This document shows positions 39,052 through 54,904 of a stretch of 64,000 nucleotides of DNA, piece after piece. Source of the DNA: Octopus vulgaris (Eukaryota); assembly GCA_951406725.2 (NCBI GenBank), contig OX597821.1:43338001-43402000 (forward strand). Reading direction: 5' to 3'. Numbering within the stretch: the first letter of the stretch is position 1; each line of letters starts with the position of its first letter. The notes below the pieces were generated by a model. It did no database searches. It saw nothing but the letters and a program-made list of their open reading frames with translations, and was not told where the DNA came from. Both the position numbers and the translations under genes were made by a program.

Positions 39052-41789
39052 CACACAAGTAATGGACACAAAATGAAAGACAACACAAGAAGGAAAAGTT
39101 TTAATGAATATGTTAGCTTAATGTTCAAAAGGAAGAGAAAAAGCCTTGATGTTTCAGATGCTAGTCATTCATCAGCAAAAAAATTTAGAAAAGCAGAGGA
39201 AGACCTTTTGGCTTTTTGTTTGAGAGAAAGAGGCAACATTCCTTCTTTTATCACTTTTAAGACCTCATTCAATATTTTTATAAAGTTAGTTCTTTCAACA
39301 GTTTCATTCATAGGTGCTGAACTGATCTGAAAATAAAAAAAATAATTGTGATTTAATCAAATCAAGACACGAATTTATTGTTATTTCGGCACAATAAAAT
39401 TCACATTGGTCTTTTATTTATATGTTCCGTGATTTTCTCAATCTTAGCTTGATACTGAATGACATGAATCTTTCACCTTTACTGGGGCTGTGGCTATGAT
39501 CAAATGAAGAGATAGACAACCTAAGCACTGACAGGAAATACTATACTGTTACCTCAGCATTCAAAATTAACATTCTCTGTTTTCACTACTGGTGATTTCA
39601 GCTACCTTATGATTGACTGGTAAATCTTTTACTGGCCACTAAATGCAAAGGATTTCTTTGTTTTACTGGTCTCCACATAATCATTTAGTCCTGAAGAGGT
39701 AACAACATTATGGATTTGTTGATTACCATTACTCTTGAATCTGCTATCAGCCTTACAGTTGAGAAACCTTTAGACAACTTTGATCACTCAAGTGGTCATG
39801 TCACTAGTATCTGAAAACTGTTTGCTTCAATGGGAAAGAATCTGACTGAAATACTTCTTGCACTAAATCACAAAACCCAAACTGGATTATATTTTACAAT
39901 TCCAAGAATGTTAATACCCATCCTTCAGCACATTCTAGATTCAATTTGGGTCATATGCGAAGCATCAGTGCATGCAAATGTATTAGAAACCTGAAGATTG
40001 CAATCTGGGAGGCAGCAGCAATCCACCTTGACATGAAAGAACAACATGATGTTGAGCTTAGATATATGTTACATAGAACAGATGATAATAGAAGAAAGCT
40101 TACATAGGATATCCAACCATCCCAAGCAGATGATCAAAAAGGCAGTACTTTGAATAATACATAGCAGCTATAGTAAAGGGGATAGTAAAATGTTCTGAAG
40201 ATGGATAGTAAAGCCTGATAATTTTTACCCAATCGGAAAACCATATGCTTGTTTATAACATTTAAATATGAAGAAACAGAGGGCAAAAAAGAGATGAGAA
40301 AGGAAAAGTAAAGAAAAAAAGTGGGATGTAAAGCAGAAGGGGGAGGGGGAGGGGGAGGAGCAATGAGCCACATACACCAGAACAAATGATGTGCTCAGCT
40401 GTGCCCCGTGGTAATGACCACAATGGTGTTGCTGTGGAGAATGGCCAGTGACGCTTGTTGCAGCAGCCATTCCACCTCATGGGGGCTCATTTCTCAGATG
40501 TGTCACTGTTATCCTTATTTTGTGTAAGAAATTGGTAGTGCAGGGTTCTAGGACACCTCATGTTAAGTGTCCTGGAAATATATATGTTTGAAACAGGTGC
40601 TTGACTCTCCTGCCAAGTCTCTCTGCAGTCTCCACACAGCTTAGATGTCTGACAATCTCAAAGAGTGTTCAGAGCTTATTATTGAATGCTATGCTGATAG
40701 TTTTACTGTTGGGAACCTATAAGTACTGTCTTTCCTGCCTCTGACCCAGGACTCCATAACATCTAGTGAAGATTTGGAAGTAAATTAGATGTAAGATGTG
40801 CGAGTGAAAGCAGACTGCATTTCTAAACCAGCTTACTACATACACTTTCTAATTAGGCTTCGCTGTTTCTCTATGACTTGTTACACTCAGTGTCACCACC
40901 AATTCCCTGAGCCTTTCCAGTCCTTCTCTCACACAACTGCAACCTTCTGAAATTTCCTCCAAATATTGATTTACAGTCAGAAGTGGAAGGTGGGAGTTGG
41001 GCTGTAAATGTCAGGGGCTCTGCTTCTCCACCCTTGACTAATAAACACAAAATCCCAATTACAAAACAATCTGTTCATATAAACCAAAATGCCATTAGAA
41101 AGAAGTGTGTCAGAAACAACACTTGTGTACTTAACCTCATTAACAGTGGAAAAAAAAAAGAGGCTTGTAAGTGTTAATATGTGTGGCTGTTAAACGAGGA
41201 GTATGAGTGGTATAATGAGTAACTACTCTAAGTGAAACCAATAAATAGTGGCCCAGGCTTAGTTTAGGCCTGGTAAGTAATTCTAATAATGAGATGAAAG
41301 AAGGGAAAGCAGCAGATGCACCAGAGATAATTGCTGAGATGTTAAAAGCATCAAAATATGTAGTTACTACAGTAGATGTTCAGTTTGTTAGTGAATGCAG
41401 AAAGTAATTATTCCCAATGACTGATGTAGCTGTATTACTCTCAATGGCCACAAGAAATACAAAATGGAAACAAGTCGTGAGAAGAGTAATGGTTTCTTCA
41501 ATGAAATGGAGGTATTCAAGAAAATTTAATAATAATAAATCTAATTTTGGCAAAATGCTAGCAACTTTTAGTTGGAGGTAGTGGTTAGGTCAATTACATC
41601 AACCTCAGTGTTCAACTGGTTTTATCAGCCCCAAAAGGATGGAAAACAAAATTGACCTCAATGAACCTGTTGTGTACAGATGCACTACAACTCTCTAAGC
41701 CTACATATAAGATCTGCATTAAACCATTTTGACCCCCACCTACATTAATTCCATGTGCAGGCTGTTCTGTTGGTTATATCAGCTGGAAC

Positions 41790-42470
<681 letters not shown>

Positions 42471-42699
42471 TAGTTGAAACATAATGACCAGTTTGTAAGG
42501 AAACACTGAATCAAAGAAACTTACTCTTTTACTCAACATTGAGTTCTTTTGAATTGTGGATTCTGTCATATAATGATTGAGTTTCTCTGTCTGTCTGTCT
42601 GTCTACCTAAGCACTTGCTTATCTGCCTGTCTGTCTTCTTATCCATGTGTCTGTTTTTCTGTCTGTCTGTCCATCCGTCCATCCGTTTGTCCTTCTGTC

Positions 42700-42825
<126 letters not shown>

Positions 42826-42977
42826 GTTAATAATCTATATGTGCGACTACATAGATATAAATATATAATTGGATGTGGAAACGGCTGTAGGGATAAGAAT
42901 TTCTTATTATATTGATTTGAATATCTTTGAATAAACTGATGTCTGAATATCAATTTCTCCATTTTCTTATTTTACTC

Positions 42978-43012
<35 letters not shown>

Positions 43013-43751
43013 ATACTCACGGAGTGGTTGGCGTTAGGAAGGGCATCCAGCCGTAGAAACACTGCCAGATTTGACTGGGCCTGATGAAGCCTTCTGGCTT
43101 CACAGACCCCAGTAGAACCGTCCAACCCATGCTAGCATGGAAAACGGACGCTAAACGATGATGATGAACACACACACTCTCACACGCACACATGCACACA
43201 CACACGCACACGCACACGTACACACATGGTTTGTCATTGTCATCCTGAAGTAGAGATAAGGCTTATATCATCAACGTAGTGGAATAATCAATGACCAGAG
43301 GACACGTGTGGTGGTCATTGACACAAGGAAATTTTGGCAACATGAGTTCTGTGCATTATTGCCGGGTTGTGTTGGAGGTGTGCCACTCTAACATATTATG
43401 CACCAAAATACCTGCACCTCTATCTTCATGGATCTTGGTACACATGCATGTATACTTGTGTATGTGCATTCACGTATAAATATGTACATTAATACACACT
43501 GCAACATATAAGCGCAGATAAATATTAATATTGATACATGCATATCTATAAACATATACATACACAAACACACGAACGTATATACACAGACATATAAACA
43601 TATATGCATAGACATTTTAACATATATGCATATTGACATAGTAACTGAGAATGCACAAGTATACACTTATATTCATACATGTATGTATACATTTAGACAC
43701 ATAAGCTGATAAGTACTCATTCAAAAAAACGTGACAAACATACTTACAGCG

Positions 43752-43820
<69 letters not shown>

Positions 43821-44151
43821 ACACACGTACACATATGCGTGTACTATATCATTTCCAATCATACTCAAACTTGAACATATATTGTTACGCAAACATACTT
43901 TCAGGGAACACACATAGACACACACACTCTCTCTCTCTGACTCATACATAGACATATACACGTGCACAACACACACACACACACACTTTCTCTTTCTCTC
44001 TCTCTCTTTCTCTCTCTTTCTCACACACAAACAGAAACATACATTATCATGCCAACATACATACATACATACACTCATCCACACACATATACAAAAACAA
44101 TTACATAGTTACACTGATACACATACACGCAAACCATGAAACACACACGCA

Positions 44152-44186
<35 letters not shown>

Positions 44187-45404
44187 CCGTTCGGCAAAAA
44201 GAGACCGATAGAATAAGTACTGGGCTTACAAAGAATAAGTCCCGGAGTCGATTTGCTCGACTAAAGGCGGTGCCCCAGCATGGCCGCACTCAAATGACTG
44301 AAACAAGTAAAAGAAAAAAAAAATATACACACAAAAACATACAGTGTTACACTGACAAACACACACATACACACGCACGCACACAAAGACACTCGAACAC
44401 AAACCACACACACAAACCACACACGCAAACCACACACTCACGCAAACTACACAACACATACACATACACATACAAATACGTGCTTACACTTACACACTTG
44501 ACTCTGTGGAAGAATTATGTATTAAATGCTGATAAAGAGATTCCTTGAAATTTTTTATTTCTTCTACAACTACTCTCCTCTACCATTTCTCAACAAGAAC
44601 TGGCTCCAAAAGAATTTTCGCTCTATCATTTCTCTGGCTCCAATTTCTGTTTTACTCTGATTATCATAGAATGCAATGGTTGTTGTTGTTGTTGTTGGTA
44701 GTAATGTTGATAAAAGTGGTGGTGGTGGTGGTGGCGTTGGGAACAATTACACACTCTAGAGTAATAGATTAATCAACATAAATGTAAACGTAACTTCCAG
44801 TTCTTTAACAACAAACCAGAAAATTCTAACCAAACTTTCGGCATCACACCAAAAAAGACAAGGAAAAAAAAATAGAAAGAAAACAATAACAATAATTTTA
44901 AAAAACTCTCTTTAGTGAGAAAATTATGATACAAGACTCTTGGAAAAGAATAGATTGTCATTGTCTTTTTAAATTTTATACACACATACGCATACACATA
45001 AACACATACACACACACGTGCATACACACATGCACATATGCTCACACACACGTACACACATGCACACACACACATATACACATATGTACACACTCACTCA
45101 CATACACACATATACTCACAATTACACATGCACATTAAATATTTTTACCCTTCATTTATATTTTCTACTTGTTTGCAGCGATTGGATAGCAGCCATGCTG
45201 GAGACCACCTTGAAGGGATGTAAACAAACTAACACCATTCGACAAATAGTGGGGGACAAACACAAATGCAAAGACACACACAATCATACATACATAAAGA
45301 CATAAAGACAAAGTTCTAAGTATAATATTGGTTTCAAATGCATACAAACAAATACACACTCTCACACAAACATATACATACATACACACATACATACATA
45401 TATA

Positions 45405-46293
45405 TTGGTCATCCCATAAATAATGCAGATTTTTTTATACTCCTTTTATTTTTCAAAATTAAGATGAACAAAGTTCTTTTTTAATCTAAAATATACTCTC
45501 CTATATTTTCTTCAATGCTCTTCCATCTATCTGGTAGACTTGCAAGGCCCCTTTTCCAAAATTCACTTGCCTGTGATGAAAAATACTCCCCCAGTACTGT
45601 TCTGACCTTGTCTACAGAATTCATATATTTTCCGTCCAAATGATTTTGAGACCTGCAGAATAAATGATAATCAGATGGGGCAATGTCTGGCAAATATGGT
45701 GGGTGGGGCATCGTTTCCCATTCAAACAGCCCCAGTCTTTGGAATGTTATTCTTGCTGTATGTGGCCGGGCATTATCCTGATGGAAGAACACCTTTTGTC
45801 TTGAAACCAAATATGGTAATTTTCCAGTGGCACACAGGTGTCGATGAATGGTTGAATGACCAAATCCAAACTTCTTTGCTAGTTCCTCAACAGTTATGAT
45901 GGGATCTCATTCCACCAGGGTCTGCAAGACTTCCTTGTTGAGCTCTACAGATCTTCCAGGATGAGGCTCATCTTCTAAGCTGTAGTTCCTGGCTTGGAAT
46001 TTCTGGAACCACTGTTAACACTGGCTTACATTTATTTTCTGATCTCTATATACTGCATGAATACTCCTCACACTTTTCATTGCATTGTTGCCTTTATTGA
46101 ACTCATAAAGCAAAATATGCCGAATATGCTCTTTTGTCATTTCCATTATAGCTTTGAAAAAATAACTGTTAAACTTGAACTGCACTCTTGAAAACTTGCA
46201 CAAAGGAGACTAAGGTAAAATTACTACCTGCTTTTATAGCAAGTTGATGCAGGTAGTTTATCTTGTCCTCTTCCGACTTTTAGTTTATGCAAT
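45405..46293 (-). mobile_element. Mariner (Mos1/SETMAR-like) remnant
   Basis: MEMTKEHIRHILLYEFNKG N-terminus, HQDNARPH and HPPYLPDIAPSDYHLF motifs. Confidence 0.88.
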
Positions 46294-47313
46294 TGTACAG
46301 GGACAGTGCACTACCACATAAAAGTGTGTATGAGTGGACTGCGAAATTTAAAAGTGGCTGGACAAGCATGATGCATGAAGAGGGAGCAGGATTCCTGTCA
46401 ACCTCCACCACTGATGAGAAGATTCAGCAAGCTCAAGAGATGGTAATGGTGAACTGATGAGTTATCACCAATGATGTAGCTTGTTCTCTGTAGATTAGTC
46501 ATGGCTCTGCCTATCAAATCAACCCCAATGAGCTTGGCTTCCATAAAGTCTGTGCAAGATGGGTGCCAAGAGAGCTTACTGCAGAGTACAAGTGCAAACA
46601 TTTTGATGTCTGCCAACATTTACTCAATTGCAACAGTAATGAGTGTGAGGAGATTTTGAGCAGAAGAGTCACAGGAGATGAAACATGGGTCCATCATTAT
46701 GTGGCAGAATCCAAAAGGCAGAGTATGGAGCAGAAACATCCTGGCTCACCAGTGACAAAGAAATTCCTGACTCAGTCTTCTGTGGGAAAGGTGATGCTAA
46801 CCCATTTTTTGGGACTCAAAAGGGCCTATACTGGAAGACTACCTGGAAAAGGGGTGCAAGATACAGCACTTTGCTGACCAACAAACTGAAGCCAGCAGTT
46901 TGCACCAAAAGCTGAAGCCTATTGTCAAAGAAAGTTTTGTTGTTGTATGACAATGCATGTCCAAACACGGCCACCCAGACCGTTGAAACCATTAACCAAC
47001 TGGGCTCTGTGGTGTTGAAACACCCTGCCTACAGCCCAGATCTCACCCTTTCTAATTATCTTTGGACTGCTCAAAAATGTTTTATGAAGTCGTTGATTTC
47101 CTATGGATGAAGATGTGAAGGAGGCAGTGCATAAATGGTTCGACAACCAACTGCAAACCTTCTTGAAGGAAATATGCAAGCTTGTGGATCGCTGGACCAA
47201 GTGTATTGAAAAGGAAGGAGACTTTATAGAAAATTGATGTACTTGTTTATCCCCTGCTTCTGCGTAAATACACTGAAAAAACAAGAGTGCGTATGATTTT
47301 TGACTGTCCCTCG
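46294..47313 (+). mobile_element. 5'-truncated mariner remnant
   Basis: VTGDETWVHHY, LLYDNACPNTA and HPAYSPDL motifs; right TIR ...TTTTGACTGTCCCTCG|TA. Confidence 0.88.
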
Positions 47314-47601
47314 TACATGGCACCAGCATGGGTACTTTTCATGTGGCACCAGCATGGGTATGTTTCATGTAACATCAGTGCAGGCACTATATATGTGACA
47401 CCAGCACCCACAGGGCTGTCAATTAGCTTGCAAGACAAGGGCCTATCGGCTGAAAGAGGGACTGGAACTGAGGGAAGTGACTGTGTGCCAAGCAAGAAGT
47501 TGAAGTATGATACAGGGACAGGGATAGCTGCTTTATCACAGAGGAGATACTTGGTTACCCCAATAAGACAAAGAAGAGGGAAGTGGGAGTATTAGAGAGA
47601 A

Positions 47602-47642
<41 letters not shown>

Positions 47643-47644
47643 AT

Positions 47645-47681
<37 letters not shown>

Positions 47682-48234
47682 GAGAGAAAGAAAGAGAGAG
47701 CCTTCCCACAGGAAGCAGTAGGGAAAATATAAGTAGTACAGAGGAAATAGAGAGGATGTTCCATAAGTGTGTGAGGGGAGATATTTTGAAATTGCAAGTG
47801 ATAGTGAGAGGAGGTGGAACAGCTGGTAGGTGGGTATGGTAGATATTGGTAGATATGTAAAGGCATGGAGAATGTGCAGATAGGCACATGAAGGAGAGTG
47901 GAGAGGCCTGCAGTGATTAGTGGGGGTGTTGGGAAAATGGGCTGTGGGGGAGTTTTTCCAGAGGACAGAATTATATGTGTACCTGTATGTTCATGAGGGG
48001 AAGGGGTGTATAGCTGTAAAGGACATGCTTGTATGTAACGAACTACTGAGTTTGATTTAATGGCCTACCAATGTATACTATGAGTTTCTTTGCCCTAGGA
48101 GTCGGGAAGACACTCGGCAAGAAATGGAAGCAAATTTGAAAGAAGAAAAAAAAAAAAAAATAATAATAATAAAAAAACAACAACATCGAAAAATATACCT
48201 TAGGAATGAGAACCCATAGGCCATGGTTATGGTC

Positions 48235-48905
48235 TCAATTGGCTTGTCGGGTCTTCTCAAGCACAGCATATTTCCAAAGGTCTTGGTCACTTTTCATCGC
48301 CTCTGTGAGTCCCAATGTTCCAAGGTCATGCTTCATCACCTTCTTGGGTCTATTTCTTCCACAGGTTCCCTCTATTGTCAGGGTGTGACACTTTTTGACA
48401 CAGCTGTCCTCCTCCATATGCAACACATGACCATACTGGTGCAGTCATCTCTCTTGCACACCACATCTAATGCTTCTTATGTCCAACTTTTCTCTCAGGG
48501 TGCTTACGCTCTGTTGTGTATGCACACTGACATTACACATCCAGTGGAGCATACTGGCTTCTTTTCTTGCAAGCTTACACATGTCCTCAGCAGTCATGGC
48601 CCATGTTTCACTGCCATGTAGCATGGCTGTTGCACACATGCATCATACAGTCTATCTTTTACCCTGAGCAAGAGGCCCTTTGTTACCAGCAGAGGTAGGA
48701 GCTCTCTGAAATTTACCCAGGCTTTTCTTATTCTAGCAACTACACTCTCAGAGCATCCACCCCCACTACTGACTTAGTTACCTAGGAAACAGAAGCTATC
48801 AAGTACTTCTTGTTTTCCCACTTGGCATGTGATGGAAGCTGTTTTCTGCACATTTTCAGTGTTTATTGCCCCTGAGCATTTGCTACACACAAAAACTATC
48901 TTCCA
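48235..48905 (-). mobile_element. Degenerate RTE LINE 3' fragment
   Basis: AMLHGSETWA and CVKKCHTL...GTCGR segments homologous to the 16624-17724 ORF. Confidence 0.85.
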
Positions 48906-50574
48906 ACAATCTGTTATCAAGGCATTAATAGTCTTTTTTAGATGACTCTAATATCTTTGGTGATGTTTTATATCATGTTGACAGATTTTTACAGTATTCT
49001 TAAATGATTATATGATGATCACTGCTAGCACAAAATGGTCTTTCCAGTACAAATTATTTGTGAATCAGTTGAAGTATACAGAAGCTATTGACCACCTGCA
49101 TCTTTCCTTTTTAACAACACTGTATTTGTCATATTAGATGGTATCAAAGATTAAATTTTGTAATAAATTAAAATATCACCATGATATATTAAATATTTTT
49201 TGAGGATATATTATAGTGTATTAAGGCTTTGACTAGATTCAAGCTACCTCACTTGGATTTCCAGCTATGAACCACAGCATACTCATATCACCATGAAAGG
49301 CATGATCAACACCTTGAAAGAACAGAACACCCACATAAATGTTTACTTGCCAATCAGTATTGGCTTGCGTGTATTAACTAACAACAGCAAACTTCAAATG
49401 ATGATTCCTGGTAATTGGCAGTTTGAAGGTTCTGATAAGTTTAGCCAAGGGTTATATAAACTGGCAATTTGAACCCTATGCCAGAGTCAGCTCAAATTCC
49501 ATATGGAACTTTATCACGGGTGTTGTGTGAGATGTGCTCTTATATCCTACTTGTCTTCACATAATAGACACTGAATATATAATATATATGTTCGACAAAT
49601 GTTAATTTAACCTTGTGATTTGATGTCGACAGCTATCCATCTATCTAATTATCTGCTCTCTTTTCTCCCATTTCTATTAAAATGTAGGACACACACAACA
49701 TAAAAAAAATTAATGAGATCATTCTCTACATCTTCCACATTGTAAATTTTCAAGTATTACCTACAGGCACACAAAAATGATCTTTAGCATTATGTAAATA
49801 CACCTTTGTACATGTGTAAGATATAAACAATTAAGTAAAATAAAGGTATGGAAAATGTATATTTATTTGTAAGGTGCATGGCTCTGTGTTAGAGCATCAG
49901 GCTACATCCAGTCCAAATATTATTCTTGTTTTATGATCAAACCAACCATATCCAGCCTTTCACACCTACCCTACAATGTCATTCTAAAAAACAATCACAT
50001 CTTCAAAATATTGAAGTTACAAGATACTACATGATTAATTTTATAAAATGTAGATAAATAAGCATTACAATGGATAAGTTAATCTGAATGCTAAAGGGTT
50101 ACATCACTTTAAGGCAACAAGTTTCTATCATAAAACCTGGAGCAGTTTCAGGTAGGTTGGTATCAAAAAGGTTAAATAGATTTTCAAATATAAAATCTTT
50201 GTCAGGTTTCAGTTATGAGATGGGCATTGTGTTATCAGTGATCAGAAACCTGACTGATGATTAACAAGCTCCAGTGTTATTTTATTATACAAGTCGTAGT
50301 CATCATCATCATCATCATCACACCACCACCACCACCATCATCATCATTATCCTTTAATGTCCCTTGTCCATGCTGGCATGGGTTGGATGGTTTGACCAGG
50401 TCTGGCAAGCTGCAAGGCTGCACCAGACTCCAATCTGATTTTGCATAGTTTCTACAGCTGGATACCCTTCCTAATGCCAACCACTCTGATTGTGTAATGG
50501 ATCACCAGCACAGGTGCCATTTGCATGACATCAGTATCTGCCATGACAGCAATTTTACTTGACTTGATGGGCCT

Positions 50575-50932
50575 GAGGCAGTTGGATGGAACCTACACTC
50601 GCCTCCTTATGAGAGCTCAAAATCTCTCGTGGAGGCACCATCCAACCAAAATGCAAATATATGGGAAACTACCACCTGTGTCATCTCTTGTGAAAGGTAG
50701 GAGAGTCCAGTTTGCTGGACATTGTTGTAGAGCTGAAAAAGAGGTAATTTCTACTCTTCTCCTCTGGAAGCCATCTACTCACAATACCACATTCTCCTAC
50801 CCTGATGTAATCTCCAGGGATACAGGCATCCAGCAACAGGACCTCCGTAATGCCATGATGGACTGTGAAGTCTGGCGTAGCATGGTAAATTCCATTGTCT
50901 CGACCACGGTTGAACAATGATGATGATGATAA
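50575..50932 (+). mobile_element. 3' end of an RTE-type LINE with (GAT)n tail
   Basis: LDGTYTRLLMRA...RRVQFAGHC...LLLWKP, followed by a TGA repeat tail. Confidence 0.7.
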
Positions 50933-51738
50933 TGTCAAAGGTCTTGGTCATTCATCATTGCCTCTCGGTCACTAGTTGTGACCTTTGTTGTGCTCTGTTA
51001 TGCTTCACCACCTCATCCCATGTCTTCCTGGGTCTACCTCTTCCACAGGTTCTCTCCACAGTTAGAGATTGGCACTTCTTTACACAGCTGTCCTTACATG
51101 CCCATTTTTTTTTTTCAGTAATTGCCATAAGAAATTAACAGGGGTCACTAACTCAAGCAAAAATCTCAAAAGAAAAAGGAAGTACATCACATGTTGGCTG
51201 GGACAGAATGAGAAAAAATATAGATATAAACCATTGTGAAGAATTAGCTTTTCTTTTTTTGGGTGGGGGGTAAAACACAGGGAGTATGGGAAATATGGTA
51301 AAATGCCGTTCTGTGAAAGAAAACTAAGCTCAAAAAGTTTGAATAAATATGATATGCAGAGAATGTCAATTGGAGTAGTGTTCATTAACAGTTATTAATG
51401 TTAGAATGGATCATGGTGGTGAACTATCAGAATTATTAACATGTTGGGCAAAATTGTTTAGTGACATTTCATTCATCTTTATGTTTTGAGTTCAAATTCT
51501 GCCGAGGTCAACTTTGCCTTTCAATCTTTTGGGATCAATAAAGTAAGTACCAGTTGAGTACTGGGGTTGAGGTAATTGGCTTATCCCTTACTCTGAAATA
51601 ACTGTCTTTGTACCAAAATTTGAATTCAATATGTTAGAATGAATCTGCAATACAGTACATTACCATGTATTGTAAATCTATTCCATTTTACTTTAAGTTC
51701 TTCAAATGGATCTATTTATTCCGAAGCTCTTTAATACC

Positions 51739-52156
51739 TATTTCTTTACTACCTACAAGGGGCTAAACACAGAGAGGACAAACAAGGACAGACAAACTGA
51801 TTAAGTTGATTATATCGACCCCAGTGCATAACTGGTACTTATTTAATCGACCCCGAAAGGATGAAAGGCAAAGTCGACTTCGGCGGAATTTGAACTCAGA
51901 ACATAACAGCAGACGAAATACCTACTTCTTTACTACCCACAAGGGGCTAAACACAGAGAGGACAAACAAGGACAGACAAATGGAGTAAGTTGATTATATT
52001 GACCCCAGTGCATAACTGGTACTTATTTAATCGACCCCGAAAGGATGAAAGGCAAAGTCAACCTCGGCGGAATTTGAACTCAGAACGTAATGGCAGACAA
52101 AATACCGCTAAGCATTTCACCCGGTGTGCTAACAATTCTGCCAGCTCGCCACCTTC
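51739..52156 (-). mobile_element. Tandem dimer of an abundant SINE-like family, flanked by 16-bp direct repeats
   Basis: Two near-identical units (51739-51920 and 51921-52156); GAAGCTCTTTAATACC at 51723-51738 and 52184-52199. Family recurs at ~6000-6190, 21330-21530, 24810-25020, 26590-26770 and 56100-56600. Confidence 0.75.
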
Positions 52157-52217
52157 AGGTCAGCTGAAGAGAATGGTATTAAAGAAGCTCTTTAATACCA
52201 TTCACTTCAGCTGACCT
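52157..52217. repeat. Inverted repeat, 29-bp arms, 3-nt loop
   Basis: 1 mismatch. Confidence 0.95.
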
Positions 52218-52529
52218 TGCTATGGACAATGGAGAAGTAGAGCAATGTGTTCAGCTTTGGCTGAATGTAAAATGGACTTGATAAGATCTGTTTATTTCAT
52301 CCCAAGTCTACGTTGACCAATTGCTATTGTCAGGGCCTTTCATCCTCAATTTCCAACTGCTCAACATGCATATATCATTCACAATACATCTCTATAATAA
52401 CCAGAGTCATATATTTTGCATACTTCAACTGAAAAACATCTATTGCCCATCAGTTTCTTATTTCATCTACAAATTTGCTCAATTTATCCTGTAGTTATTA
52501 TTCTACAAATTTTCCAATTTCCATATTTT

Positions 52530-52858
52530 ACATATATATACATACATGCATACATACATACATACATACATACATACATGCATGCATGCATACATACATA
52601 CATACATGCATGCATGCATACATACATACATACATACATACATACATACATACATACATACACACATACATACATACATACATACATACACACACATATA
52701 CATACATACATACATACATACATACACACACACACATATATACGTACATACATGCATACATACATGCATGCATACATACATACACACACATATATATATA
52801 CATACATGCATGCATACATATATACACACACACACACACACATATACATACATACATA
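52530..52858. repeat. (CATA)n tetranucleotide microsatellite
   Basis: Directly visible. Confidence 0.95.
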
Positions 52859-53104
52859 TTCTTTTATTCTGTTACTTGTTTCAGTTATTTGACTGCGGCC
52901 ATGTTGGAGAACCACCTCAAAGAGCTTTAGTTGAACAAATCAGTCCCAGGACTTACTTTTTTAAAGCCTAGTACTTATTCCATCAGTCCATTCTGCTTAA
53001 CTGCCAAGTTAAGGGGACATAAATACACCAATGCTGGTAGTCAAGCAGCAATGGGGGGAGAAACAGACACAAAGGCACAAACACATAGAATATATACATA
53101 AATT

Positions 53105-53709
53105 TAGTAGCAAGCAAAAGAAAGAGAATGATTATTTTTTTAAATGTCGGAAAAGCTTGTGAACATACAAATTTGTAATTGGTTTTGTATACATGGTTAA
53201 CCATTAGCTAAATTCTCTGAAAAATCTAAGTTTGTACAATGGTCTAACTAAAAGTTAATAACACTAAAACTAGTTTTGTTCAAATGTCTCAAGTGCAAAA
53301 TAAGAGAACGATTAGATTCCTTCAGAAATTTATGGAAATTTCAAATATTGTTTACATTTGCAGGCTCAACTTTACTACCGTCTCAGTATTGTTCTAGTTT
53401 GGAACATGGCACACCATGCTAAAGTTACTCTCGACCTCTGAAAAGAAATCGCTAGGATGAAAGTTTCAGGAATGACTCTCTTGGCTATTTCACGAGATGC
53501 AAGGAGATCTAAGAGTGTAGTTTCATGTGTTCTTAAGCTATATGAAGAAACTAAAGGTTTTGAACCAAAAAAGGCAACTGGTAGACCACACAAAACCACC
53601 ATGCTAATGGTTAACTGTATTTATGAAACCAATTGCGAATTTATACGTTTAATAGCTTTTCTGAAATTTAAAAAAAATATGAATTGTTCTCTTTTTTTGC
53701 TTGCTACTG
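53105..53709 (+). mobile_element. Tc1-derived deletion element with ~105 bp TIRs
   Basis: 53105-53208 and 53602-53709 are inverted; interior encodes a Tc1 HTH-like fragment (...KKATGRPHKTT). Confidence 0.65.
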
Positions 53710-54904
53710 TATATACAACAGGTTTCTTTCAGTTTTCATCTACCAAACCCACTCACAAGGCTTTGGTTGGCCCGAGGATATTGTAGAAGACACTTGCCCA
53801 AGGTGCCATGCAGTGAGACTGAACCTGGAGCCATGTGGTTGGGAAGCAAGTTTCTTACCACACAGCCACACCTGCACCTGGTGAGCAGGCAGAACTGTTA
53901 GCATGCTGGGCAAAATGCTTAGCAGCATTTCATCTGTTTCCATTCTGAGTTCAAATTCTGATGACATTGATGTTGCCTTTTGTTCTTTCGCGGGTCAATA
54001 AAATAAGTACTAGTGAAGGTGCATGACTCAGTGGTTACAGTGTCAGGCTCATAATCATGAGGTAGTGAGTTTGATTCCTGCACTGAGCTGAGTGTTGTGC
54101 TCTTGAGCAAGACACTTTGTTTCACATTGCTCCAGTTCACTCGGCTGTAGAAATGAGTTGTGACATCACTGGTGCCAAGCTGTATCAGCCTTTGTCTTTC
54201 CCTTGGATAACATTGGTGGTATGGAGAGGGGAGCCTGGTATGCATGGGCGACAGCTGCTCTTCCATAAACAATCTTCCTGGAACTTGTGCTTTGGAGGGA
54301 AAATTTCTTGGTGCATTCCCATGGTCATTCATGACTGAAGTGGGTGTTTACCCTTTACCATACACACACACACGCGTGCACACACACACACGTGCACACA
54401 CACACACACGCGTGCACACACACACACACGCACACACACACACACATCATCATTATTTAGTGTATGATTTTCATGCTGGTATGACAGGAGCTGGCAACCT
54501 AGAGGACTGTGCCAAGTTCTACCACTTGATTTGGTATGATTTCTGCAGCTGGATGCTCACTTTACAAAGTGCACAGGATGCTTTTTATGTGGGATCAGCA
54601 GCAATGAGGTCACCAAGTAGCTTGCAAGACAAAGACCCCACAACTGAGAGGGGGAATGGGATTGAGGAGGTAGCTTTGTGTCCATCCATCCATCCATTAT
54701 ATACAATCATGGCTAAAAGTTTGGAACATAGGTCTGAAAATTAGAATTTTTGTATTAAATGCCCAAAGTTATATCAAAAGTAAGCTGTTTGGTCTTGAAC
54801 TATATTTTTGATTCTGTCTGTTTTTTCTTCTAGATAATGAACCATTGGATCAGTTATTAGGTAAGTATACCTCTGTTGTATATATTTGAATCAAATTGTA
54901 CTTG

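Noticed and set aside
43075-43110. CTGATGA hammerhead box in an RTE tail
   Set aside because: No GAAA after the hairpin, and sister copies read CTGGTGCA.
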